Source of the DNA: Lama guanicoe
Lineage: Eukaryota
DNA: 64,000 nt
NCBI GenBank assembly: GCA_013239625.1
Contig: MU053561.1
Location: 3,969,992-4,033,991 of the forward strand
Reading direction: 5' to 3'
The notes beneath the pieces are model-generated. The model had not been told where the DNA came from. It made no database searches and saw only the letters and a program-made list of their open reading frames with translations. The position numbers were made by a program, and so were the translations under genes. Below, piece after piece: positions 50,662-61,700 of this stretch; positions within the stretch are counted from its first letter, which is position 1, and every line of letters begins with the position of its first letter.

Positions 50662-53600
50662 CGTGATGGAGCAGGGAAAACTGCCCTTACCTTTGGAATT
50701 TCTCATTATCCACAATGTTCTGGGTCCCTGGAGATGATGCACTCTGTGGGTCTCTTGTTAGCCCTGGAGTAAATTTCCCCAGTACAGAGTTTTGGTTTCG
50801 TTCATGATGTCATGGTCCAATAAAGCTTAAAAGAAGAAACACTAGAAGATGGAGAATGCTCTGAAGTACAATTGTATGAGAATCAAGTGCCTAGGAGGAC
50901 AGCAGGTTTTCATCTCCCCTGACCTCTCCTCCTGAGATAATGAAAGAGCTAAATGAAACCCCTTAAACTAAGCTTTAAAACGCCCATCAAATAGCCCCTC
51001 ATTACAGTTAACCAGCCGCTGACATTCTGACATTCCCCATCAGGCATATATGACACTGGGACTGGAGGGTTAAAGCCACACGCAGGAAGTAGCTCAAACA
51101 GCCCAGAGCCCCCTGACAAACACACACAGGGAAATCAGTTCTTCATCTCCAGCCCTTATCTTAGCCTCGGGTTCCCTCGGATTTGCGTGGGCTGCATGCC
51201 TGGGCAAAGCCGGGCTGTTCCCTCTTTCATGCCTGGAGTCAGATTTTCTGCATGTGAAGTGAGCAGACAAGCCAGGAAATGTCAGCTCAGAAGAGGGAGG
51301 GAGCTGTCACTCCAGGGGCTGTGCAGTGGGGCAGCATCTGACATGCCCTCAGGACTCAGTTTCCCCAGGATGTGTTTGCTGCTGGCTCCCTTGGAACCAT
51401 GTTTTCTTGGCTGCGGGGTAGTTGGGGTGCAGCTGCTTTTGCAGCGAAATTGAAGTCCAGCTGCTTCAGCAGAAGTAGTCTCATCTCATGGACACTTGCA
51501 CGAGTCAGGGTGGCCTTTTATGGGGACCTTTACATCCAAGTCCCATGGCTTGTCCCTTATCCCTCTTTAATTGAAGGACAGAATGCCTGACTTTTCAAAA
51601 GCCGGAGAACACTGCTTGTCTGTTTCGCCAAGATTTTTCCTGGGTCTTTTTCAGGGTTTAGCTTGTCTTAATTTCTCAAGTTACATCTGAATTGCATTAT
51701 AGACTTATGTGTCGTAACACTGCTTGACCTGTTGCTTGGAAAACATACCACACACTGAGAGGAAAAGGCTAGCTCAAGAAGAGCTGAAGACATTTAATCC
51801 TATAAAGCAAATAGAAGAGCGAGCTTGGATCCCGTTAGCATTCACTGGCAACGTTCTGTTTTCATTCACGTATTCCATCCCAGGTGGTCATCTTGGTCTG
51901 CAATGGGCTGGAGGTGCTGGTACTGTTGGATCTAAACTTTGATTCCAACCAACCCAAGAGTCTCCTTTTTCCCGCAATACTTCTGTCTGCTCTTAGTCCC
52001 AAGTATGGGAACAACAGCCGGGAAAGGCCCAAAGCAGAGCTGAAATGGATCTTTTCTCTTGTGGTTTAAGGATCAGCCAGTTGGAACTCAGGAGATGTTT
52101 TCTTAGGGTTGCAGAAAAGTTTGAAAAACCGTTGGATTGTCTTTGGCACTCAAATGTAGATTATAGATATATCGTTAGTATTACTAAGCTGATGGGCTAT
52201 GCTACAAGGACTGTTATTTAGTAGCACATTCTTGCAAAAATATACTGCCCTCAGCTCTGTAATGGGAGGCTGCTGTGTGTTTAGATGTCTTATCATGTCT
52301 ACCGCATTCATGTCATTGTAATTACCCAAGTTATGGAAACCCCTCTGTGGCATCGGCATTACACAGCTTGTGAATCCACAGCTCATCAATCCAGTTGGGG
52401 AAATATCATGCAGACTGTGGCCCAGAAGGCCACGCACAGTTGTAGCAAATGCTTTGATTCTGAAGCTCAAGGTCAACCAACCATGATGGTTTCTTCCTTG
52501 AGCTGCCTGACTCTCTGGGGAAATGCTGGAAAGAGTTTGTAATTTATCCCAGAAGCTCCAAAAGAGCCATTGGACCATCCCCTCTTTTAGGAAAATGCAG
52601 CAAGGCCCTTTAGAATTGTCAGTATTGAAACTTTCAGTCTAAAAGAATAGCGATTTTGCTGAACCTTAATGTCTTCCTAAGTCCTTGTTGCCAGATGCAC
52701 TGTTTTCCCATTGGATGTGCCAAAACCACCAAATAGTTAAAACACGTCAGATCGTCCCAAGATGGCCCAAACTGAATTTTTCCCCCAAAGAAGAGCTCCT
52801 AGTCAGCAAATCATGGTCATATTCCATATTAGAAAATGTCTGATTAGGCTAAAAATTAGGAAAACAGACTTTCAACACAAAAGACTTCACATTTTCTTTG
52901 TGAATAGGCTCAGAGCAAGAACTAAGAGAGAGAGGGGCGAGTTAAGGGGAAGAGTTACAGGAATGAACGTCACAGCAACAGCGCCACCAGTTATTACGAC
53001 GCCCTCAGGAACATGTTCTTAATGCCCAACATTCCTAGTGAGTTCTCCCAACTCATCTAGGAGGATGGAGGCTGCAGCTCACACCAGCTGCTCTAGCGTA
53101 TTTGATGTGGTATAAGCTACTCTTGGGACTAGCCATTGTGTCTGAGCATATGCAAGGAGTGAGTGGTCCAAGAATTCTTTCTAGTCAAGCATCCTCCAAT
53201 TTCTGGTATTAAAAATGTCAGCAAATAATCCTTGGGCATAATAATATGCTAACCATAGCTTCAATACCAAAGAATGTTGTAAGTGGCATGCAAGGAGTAA
53301 AAAGAAAACTTCACAATTGACAAATGTCAATTACATCTAGATAATTTGGGGGTGGGGTGGGGTGGGGTGGGCAGGGGAGACAGGGACAACATCCCCCAGC
53401 GACTCTGCAAGGCATAGTCTCACACCTGTTTATTGCCTACAGTGTGACCGAATCTACACTTTATATTTCCTGAGGTATATTAATTTCTTGATAATTTCTC
53501 CTAACTGCTAGCTCATCAAAGCCAGCGTCAAGTTTCCCATTCATCCTGTACAGCCGTGATTCTCAGCCCTGGCTTTTTCTTGGGGTCGTCTTGGGAGCTT

Positions 53601-53921
53601 TACAAAATGCAGTTTGTATTTTGAAATTGACCAAAATATCACTGAGACCTCATGACAGTGAAGTGGCCACTGAGACAAGTGTCCGCAGTCCACAGAGACG
53701 GTCACATACACAGGCTTAACTTCAGGGGCCTTCAGAAGAGCCTTTAGCTCTAGCTGACTCAAGGCTGGTTGGTCAGGGGCTCTGGGGTGTGGCCTAGACA
53801 TAAAGTTGACCGTAATAAGGGAAGTTATAGTCAAGCAGGCAGCCCACGGCAGTAAACTGACTCTGGCTGTCACTCTCTCGGTGCTGCAGTCAGAGGAGGG
53901 CCAGAGTGGGACCCTCCAAAA

Positions 53922-54115
53922 CAGTGCTTCTCAAACCTAAGTGTGCATCAGAATCACCTGCATGGGTTGTTAAAAGTCAGATTGCTGGGTTTCACTCAGC
54001 ATTACTAGGCTTCACTCAGCATTGCTAGGCCTATGGTGGAGACAACGATTTTGCGTTTCTAACAAATTCCAAGATACTGCTAGTACTACAGTGGAGCACA
54101 CTTTGAGAAGCACTG
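53922..54115. mobile_element. MER5-type hAT MITE with perfect 14-bp terminal inverted repeats
   Basis: CAGTGCTTCTCAAA (53922-53935) and TTTGAGAAGCACTG (54102-54115); internal gcatcagaatcacctg. Confidence 0.85.
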
Positions 54116-56249
54116 CTTTGAAGCCTGAGACCCAGGCCAGGCCAGCGTTGTCCAGGTCTAGAAGGGGTACACCAGACTTCAATAGTTTTTCCTTCGTGCC
54201 CTGGGAGAAGGAATGGAACGTGGTCCTGAGATGAGCTGGGATTTATTTCTATGCATTTATAAAAGTGTGAAAGCTGTCTGATGAAGTGATTACCGCATGA
54301 GCACAGACAGGGTTTTAAAAATAGATATGCATTTGCATTGTTTGTTCCTAATATCTTTCCATTAGAAATCAGTAGTATTTAAATCAGATTTAATTTTAGA
54401 GCCCCAGCCTTCACTAGCATGAGACTAAAAACAATGACAATGGTATCTATGAAAATTACTGTTTCCATATCCTAGACAGGAAGTTGCTCTCTCCAGTAGC
54501 AACTACCTGTTCCTACGCTGAACAAGGGAAGGCCAAAGGCATAAAAGATGCAAGACAGGGTCTCAAATAAATCAGGCATCTAGATGCGGTGGGCAGGGGG
54601 CCCTGGTATGCAAAGGTAGCTTGGCCTGAGGTTGTAGATATACAGTCAGGGAACCTATTGTGGCTGGTCTACAGCTGATGCCCCAAGAAGGCAGGTCTGC
54701 CCAGGAGCTGTGGAATGCTTCATTTAGATAGCCCTTCTTTCTCCTTCTAATCACCTAGATTGGAGGCCATCCTGGCTGATAGTGGAACATACAGAATACA
54801 GTCAGAGAGTCACTCTTACTTCCCTAGTTGTCCCATAGGTTACGGTGGAGGCTTTTCGTGTCACACTGGAAGGTACAGTCAGCAGGCAGGCCACAGCACT
54901 GAGCTCTGCAAGCGCATGAGCACGTGCTGCTGTATAAGCCCATCACATACTCCTCCCACCCGCCCGCAAGACCCCATCTTAAGCCATGCTGGACCTCCAG
55001 CCAGTTACTGAGCCCTGGGGCTCTGGGATGCCTTTCCTTCTCTTCTTCCCTGATGCGCTCCTGTTCATCTGTAAGAACCTGGCTCAGATGCTGCTTCCTC
55101 TGTGAACATATGTCTCTGGCTAATCTGGCCAGATAAAATCAATTCCTTCCCCCACTATGTTTTCCATCCCGTGTCAGATATCCACCATTCTTATCGCATT
55201 GTGCTTTAAATGGTGCTCGTGTGCTGGCTTTCCTCACCTCTAGCTTATTTGCTCTTGGATGTTGTGCGATGTCTCATTCTTTTTTGGATCCCTAGCACCT
55301 AGCACAGTGGCTGGTGAAGCACTTCCAAGTTTAGTGCTTAATAAATGAAATAAATGAATTCCAGTGTTTAAGCAGGGGAGAAAGCATTTCTAACCACAAA
55401 GCAGGGATGCAGGCTAGGGAACTTTAATGCTCACAGAATCACAGGCAATCAGAGCTGGAGGGGACCTGAGTTATCACCAGTACCAGTTCCTTATCCTGTG
55501 GAGGAGGAGGCTCAGAGTTGCTCAAAGATACTCAGTGACTCACTGAAAGCGAACTGGGCCAGGACACAGCTCGGTAGGTTCCAGTCTAGCGATCAGTCAG
55601 GTTTGGCCAAACATCCAGCTGCAGGGTTGTGGACCAGATCAGATCCTCCTCCTGTAAGTGACGGAACCAGACCCCAGGCTGCCCACCTTCTACCATGGGG
55701 ACCAGACAGCCTCCCTCTCCTGTGCTCAATCCAACCCTGAGAGGATTTAAAAATGGTCTCTGCTATAGAATCTAACTTTTTTAGGGTGTTTGAAAAAGTA
55801 TTCATCTCTAGCCCTGAAGCCCAACTGAGTATCGGAAAGTTTTTCTGACAGTTCAGAAGCAAAAAGGGTATTTTGAGTAGAGTGGGTAAGAAAGAAGAAT
55901 GGAAACATCCCAATCCTTAATTTCATGATTTCTAGCAGCAGAAAAACCATTCCAGGCCCAGTCTACCTCCTTGTCCTCCTCTGTGATTTGGGGCCATGGT
56001 AGCTTCACTGACATTTGCTTCTGTAGCACAGGATGAGACAGGGTGTTGCAGGAAGATAAGCGGGTGGGAGGGTTCCGCACTGGGAGAAGACAGGATGGGG
56101 AAAGGGGTTTGGGGAGTTGAAAAGACAATCTAAACAGGAAGGATAAGGATGCCATTCTAGAATTTTTTTAGGGGGTACAGGGGAGTTACCCCATCCTACA
56201 GTAAGTTCTGCAATAGACATAATAGTTCATTTATTCATTCATAAAAAAT

Positions 56250-56755
56250 GTCATGTCACCCTCCAGCTTACAGCCTTCCACTTCCTTCCCATAGGCAATA
56301 GGGTGAAACCACAGTCCCGCACTACATCCCTGCACAACTGGCTCCTTCTACCTCTCCAACTTATTTCCCACGTCTCTTTCCTACATGCGCAGCATCTTTG
56401 ACTTGTTTCTACCTCAGGGCCTTTGCACTTGCTGTTCCTTCTGCCTGGAATACTCTATTCCCCATTCCTTCTCACCCTTCAGATCTCAACTTGAAGGCCA
56501 CTTCCTCGTAAACTCTTGACTGAGCAGCCTATCTACAGTGGCCCTCACTACACCCTGCAGTCACCTCTATCATCATCCCCTGCTTACCTTCAGGGCATGT
56601 CAGGAATCTGAAGAGAACTTGTTTACTTACACAAGACTATAAACTCCAGGAGAGTAGAGACCTTGTCGGTCTCACTCTCTGTCGGGTCCCCAACACCTAG
56701 ATCAGTACTCGGCACACAGTAGCTGCTCAGGAAATACTGTTGAATAAACGAATGA
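56250..56755. mobile_element. LINE-2 3' fragment
   Basis: cctcagggcctttgcacttgctgttccttctgcctggaa...ggcacacagtag...tgttgaataaacgaatgaa. Confidence 0.72.
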
Positions 56756-57456
56756 AACACCTATATATATGAGACTTATAGAATTGAATGGAGAACAGAA
56801 ACCTACCATTGCTTCTAGGAACTACAATCTAAAATTGGACAGAATCTTTCTTCTCATCGTATCAGCTCCCTAGCTCCTATTCTGAACATGTGACTCTTGG
56901 CACAGTTCTCTGAGAGTCATGTCCTAGTTCTGCAAGAGCTCTTGGTATCTATCAAGTGGTCAGGTTGTCTTGTTTGCCACCATTACACATCTGGATTTTC
57001 ATCAAAGCACCAACTTGTTCTCAATTGTCAGGACTTCTTCTTCTGTATAATTTACCTTAGTTACACTGGTCCAGAGTTGGGTCTAGTACATCTACACATG
57101 TATAGTGTACAGAATAATTCTATTTTTGATGCTGGTTTAGGGGCCTGCTGAGCCGGACTCTGACGTGGGGCTAGACACACCTACATCAGCCATAGACTGT
57201 GTCCAGGCAGAAACCAGGTCCACACAGGTTCAGCCCCTGGCCTTTTCAGTAGTTGAGCTCTAGCTCCTCCTGGACCCTGAGGCTGGTAAAGTCCCAGCCC
57301 TCGGGGAAATGGGGCTTGTCCAGTTGGCACATCCCTTCCCTCCTGCTTGGGGCACAGCTATCCGTCTGCTAGAGACTGTGGGGGAAGTGCCCATCTAATG
57401 CCAGCTTTCTCCTCCCACAGAGTCCTGGCCCGGAGTCGTGCAGTCCACGGGGCTGG

Positions 57457-57501
57457 ATGGCATGCTGGACCCAAGCTCAGCTCAGCGTCCGGGCCCAATA
57501 A
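57457..57501 (+). other. uORF1 in the NGF 5'UTR (MACWTQAQLSVRAQ*)
   Basis: ATG at 57457 with G at +4 and TAA at 57499-57501; entirely within exon 2 and out of frame with NGF. Confidence 0.6.
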
Positions 57502-57544
57502 CGGCTTTTCCAAGGGAGCAGCTTTCTGTCCTGGCCACACCGAG
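57462..57544 (+). other. uORF2 in the NGF 5'UTR (MLDPSSAQRPGPITAFPREQLSVLATP...), continuing into the next exon
   Basis: ATG at 57462 with G at -3; no stop before the exon 2 donor. Confidence 0.55.
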
Positions 57545-58601
57545 GTAAGCACTGGAGGGGCATCTGCTCACCGAGGTTCCTAGTTCTAGAGCTGCCAAGA
57601 CAGCTGGAAGTGAGCCCCAGGGTGAGGATCGGCATCATTGGCTCCAGCTGCTGGTCAGTGGTGGCCCAGGTGGCTCCTCGTGACCCAGTGCATGTGGCCC
57701 TGCCAGCCCGTCTGGGAGAGCAAGCCGCCCATGCTCTCAGGCTGGCCCCATGACTTCCAGGGACATGTGGAGGGTCTGAGCCACCCACCTGTAAAGTAAC
57801 AGAACACAGGGCCCCCAACAGACGGTCAGCATCACTCAGACCCTCCACATAGCTCCTGGTCTGTCTGAGCAGGCGACCTTATAAGATTGAAGGCCTTTGA
57901 TCACTCTTTATGCCCTTGGCCATGGAGTAGAGGGTGGGGAGAGCCCCAGATCTGGGGACAGAGGCCTGGCTTGGAGTCCCACTTCCACCAGTTTACTCTT
58001 ACTGTGTCTCCTGTTTCCTTCTCTGTAAAATGGGAAGAATAAGACCTACCTCCTAGGTTTGTTGTGATGGGTAAAGAGACAGTTATGCCCAATAAATGAT
58101 AATGATGTAATTATGATCTCTCCTCACTCATTTTAAGATGTGTCTGTAAGAATTCAGACCAGTAGATTCTGTTTTCCATTCCACCCTGGAGTAGACAATG
58201 AATCCACAGGTGCCTGTACCTGCTACTGCTTTCTGGCCACATATTTCTATCATGGGCATTTTAAGTGCTTTTGAATCAAGTCTGCATGATGCCTAGAAAC
58301 CTGATAAACCAGATATAAAACAATTAAATAGCCAACTCTTCCCTTCTCTCTTGATTTATGGCTTTGGGAAGGTAAAACTTACAGTCTGTTGAATGGAATT
58401 TTTATTTTGATGTTGGAGGCTTGGAAGCACAGCCCAGGACCCATCCATTACAGTGTGCGCTGTCTCGGGCCTCTCTGCTCTAGATCAGCCGAGGCTGAGC
58501 AGTGCCAGGCGTCCACGTGCAGAGCCTGCCACTCACCAGCTGCACTGAACCTCCCCAAGGCCCATTTCTCTCCTCCATAAGGTTCAATGATTGGACTGGA
58601 T

Positions 58602-58760
58602 TAGTGGTTCTCAAATGTGGTCCCCAAACCAGAAGCATCAGCATCACCTGGGAACTTGTGCAGATTCTCGGGCCCCATCCCAGACCTACTGAATCAGAAA
58701 CTCTGCGGGTGGGCCCTGCAGTCCGTGGTTTAACAGGCCGTCCAGGTGATCCTAATGCAC
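58602..58760. mobile_element. MER5A DNA transposon
   Basis: agtggttctcaaa...cagcatcacctgggaacttgt...cagacctactgaatcagaaactctg...ccaggtgat. Confidence 0.85.
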
Positions 58761-61700
58761 TGAACCTCTGGCCTTGATCAACCCCGAAGTTCTTTCCAGT
58801 CCAGACTTCCCCCTAGTAAATCCACCCTGGGAGATGCTCGCAGAAGAACTGGAGTTTATTCTGTCAATGCCTTTCTCTGTTGCAGCCTCCCGGGGAATAC
58901 CTCCCAGGGAAGCGGAGGGGCCCTAGAATTCGTCTCTCACTCTATGCAAGCCTCAACCCCCAAGAGTGTCCCAGTCTTTACAGCTGAAAGCAGCAGCCAG
59001 TTTACATTTAGAGCGGAGGCCACATGTAAAACAAAAATGACTCTTGACCCGCTCTCGTAATGTGGCGTGTGAGATGGAGGAGGAGGAGAAGGCTGGATTT
59101 CCTCAGCCACAAGGATTTCCTCTCTTGCTAACAGAGTGACCCCGGTTCACTGATCTAATCTCTAGCCTGAGAATCACTAACAGCTCTCAGCATCCCTCCC
59201 TATAAGGCAGGAATTCTCTTACTCCCTCTACAATGCACCTCCAAAGGCAGGTGCCTCTCAGCGCCACAGGCCGTCCTGGCCACAGAGGTGGACCCATCAC
59301 TTGGCCCAGTCTAGGAGCTTCATCAGCTATTCAGGTGGGGCCAGAACCTGTGTGAACTCATTCACCTGGTGCAGGGAGTTTCTCTGATGACTGGAGTGTA
59401 TGAACCACGGGAAAGCCACAGGATGTACCTCCGGCCCAGGAGCAGGCAGGATTGCTGCGTGGCCCATCAGTTGCTGGATAAAAGGCCCCTGACAGGTCTC
59501 CCCACTCTTAGTCACTTATCTTCCGTTCTGATGGGAGTGGGACAAATACAGAACATTCACACCTTAAACAGAACATGTTCCTTCATGTGAGTCCCGAATT
59601 GCTTCTTCCGCAGCCAATCACTCCTCTCACAGGGCTTAGCTTAGCCCCAGAGAGAACTGTCATCTCTTTAGGAGGTAGACTTCCAAGGTTGTTTTTAAAA
59701 ATAAAGAAATAAAACTCCTCCCCTGGTTCACACCAACTGGGGAGAAAATGTTCTTTTGTAAATTGTGCTTTGTGCTTGAAATCACGAGAATAGAAAACAC
59801 ACTATATTTTCTTTTCCTTCTTATTCATGAATTTTTCAAATAAAAGGCTTTTTTCTAATTTAAAAATATTATAGAGGCACACAATTATGAGTAGGTCAAT
59901 TTAAAGAAGAAAAAAACCTTTTCTCTAAGACCCAAATGAGAGATGTATTTGCAACATCTTCCAACAGTAGTGAAACAATCTGGCCAGGATGCACATCTCC
60001 ACTGGGATTAAATGCCACCAGGTACCATGTGTTATCTGGACAGGGCACTGAGGAGCAGCATTAGACTTGAAAAACTGTGAAGTCAACTGAGTAGAACCAG
60101 CAGAGTGCCAGGCAGAGCAGAAATCTTTATAATTGCTTCAGCTCAAAGGATGTGAGGGTTGGAAGATACTTTAAACATCACCACTCAGATGGAGAAATGA
60201 AGGGGCACACAAGGAAGGAGACTTGTCCACACACTCACTGACTCTCAGAGGTGGAGCTCACTGCGCAGGTCAGGTCACTTGCACACGACAAAGATGCACA
60301 GGATGCATTTCTGCCTCTGGGAACTTTGCCCTGTAGGGGGCAGGATAAGGGGAGAATACGCTGCCCAAGAGAGCATTAAGGTAATGCTTTTAGAGATGGA
60401 GAAGGGAGAGAGTTCGTCTCTTTGGAAATAGGATACGCTCTCCAGTGGACGTGGTATTTAAGTTGGGAGTTAAAAGACAACAGGAAGGACTCTGACCGGC
60501 ATAGGTAGGGGGCAGGGAAGGCCCGGGGAGGGGCAGGGGGAAGTATGTCTGGCACGGAAGAGTCTGAACTAAGGACAACGGTGGGGAAGCACAGAGCCAT
60601 CACTGCCTGTGAGAAGTTCAGTTTGCCTGGAATGCAAAATATGCGAAGGGAGGAGAAGGAGGGCTGGATCTGTCTGCCAGGCTGAGCTGTCCTAGTGGCT
60701 CAGTGGACAACCACTCACCTGTGGATCCTTTGAGCAGGATGAGGGGATCAGAGCAGGGTTTTGGGAAGTTAGATGGGGCAGCCAGGGATGGCGGGCATTG
60801 GGAGAAGAGAGAGGAACAGGCCAGGGCATGGGTTGGGAGACTGTTCTATGACCTGAGCCAGGAGCATAGAGGTGGGATTAGAAAGTACAATTTCAAGAAA
60901 TTCTGTTGAAGCAGAATGGAAAAGACTGGATGGAGGGCACAGAGGAAAGAGCAGAGTCCAGTGATGAGCTGAGGTCTGCAGCTGGTGAATGAAAGAGTGG
61001 GAATTCCAGGAACAGAAAAAGGAAATGTAGAGAAACATGTTCAGGAGGATGGGGAGAGATGCTCGCAAGAGATAGTAGCTATGGAACTACTTCGTAAATC
61101 AAGTGGCCCCAAATGGGGCAGTGGCCACTGTGTAAAGAAGAGGAGTCAGGGGGTGGGGGGTGATGACCCTAGAAAGGATTATGAGGATGAAGACTTCTGT
61201 TTTGGATGTCTTGCATTTAAGATGTCAACATCTGTGGGGAGTCGCCCATCAGGAAGCTGGGAGTTCAAACCTGGCTTTCAAAAGAGAAGCTGGGCTAGAG
61301 ATCCTGGCGTGGACATGAACTGCATAGACATTTCAGTTGACCCCTTGGAAGAGGATGAGCTCACTGAAGGGGAGACTGTAGGGTGAGGTGGGAACCTCTA
61401 GTAATGGGAAATCGGAAGCAGTATGTCCCTTATTACCATCAGCTCCTACAGATGAGTCTTTTTTCAGCTCCCTATCCAAATTCTAAGTGTTACTAATACG
61501 GATATAGAAGGATGAATTTCCATGTCATTTCTTCTCCCTTTATCTACCTGATGAGAGATAATGTGTGCTGGGAAGCAGAAAGGAGTGAAACAAGAAAAGG
61601 AGCAAAAGTCAAGGACTTGACTGGGCTGCCAGCTGACTAATCAGCTGGCTACTTATCTGCAAGATCATTAGCCAGCAAAACCAGTGATGGTCAAACACGC

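Larger units (their letters stand above)
57421..57544 (+). other. NGF: NGF exon 2 (124 nt, 5'UTR; equivalent to rodent exon IIIB)
   Basis: Acceptor ctttctcctcccacag at 57405-57420, branch-like CTAAT at 57395-57399, donor GAG|GTAAGC at 57545. Translates as VLARSRAVHGAGWHAGPKLSSASGPNNGFSKGAAFCPGHTE, resembling the N-terminal extension of the long mouse proNGF. Confidence 0.93.

Noticed and set aside
53009..59581. GAACATGTTC palindromes near 53010 and 59572 (p53 half-site or steroid-element look-alikes)
   Set aside because: Single half-sites only, and they lack the 3-nt spacer required for an androgen or glucocorticoid response element.
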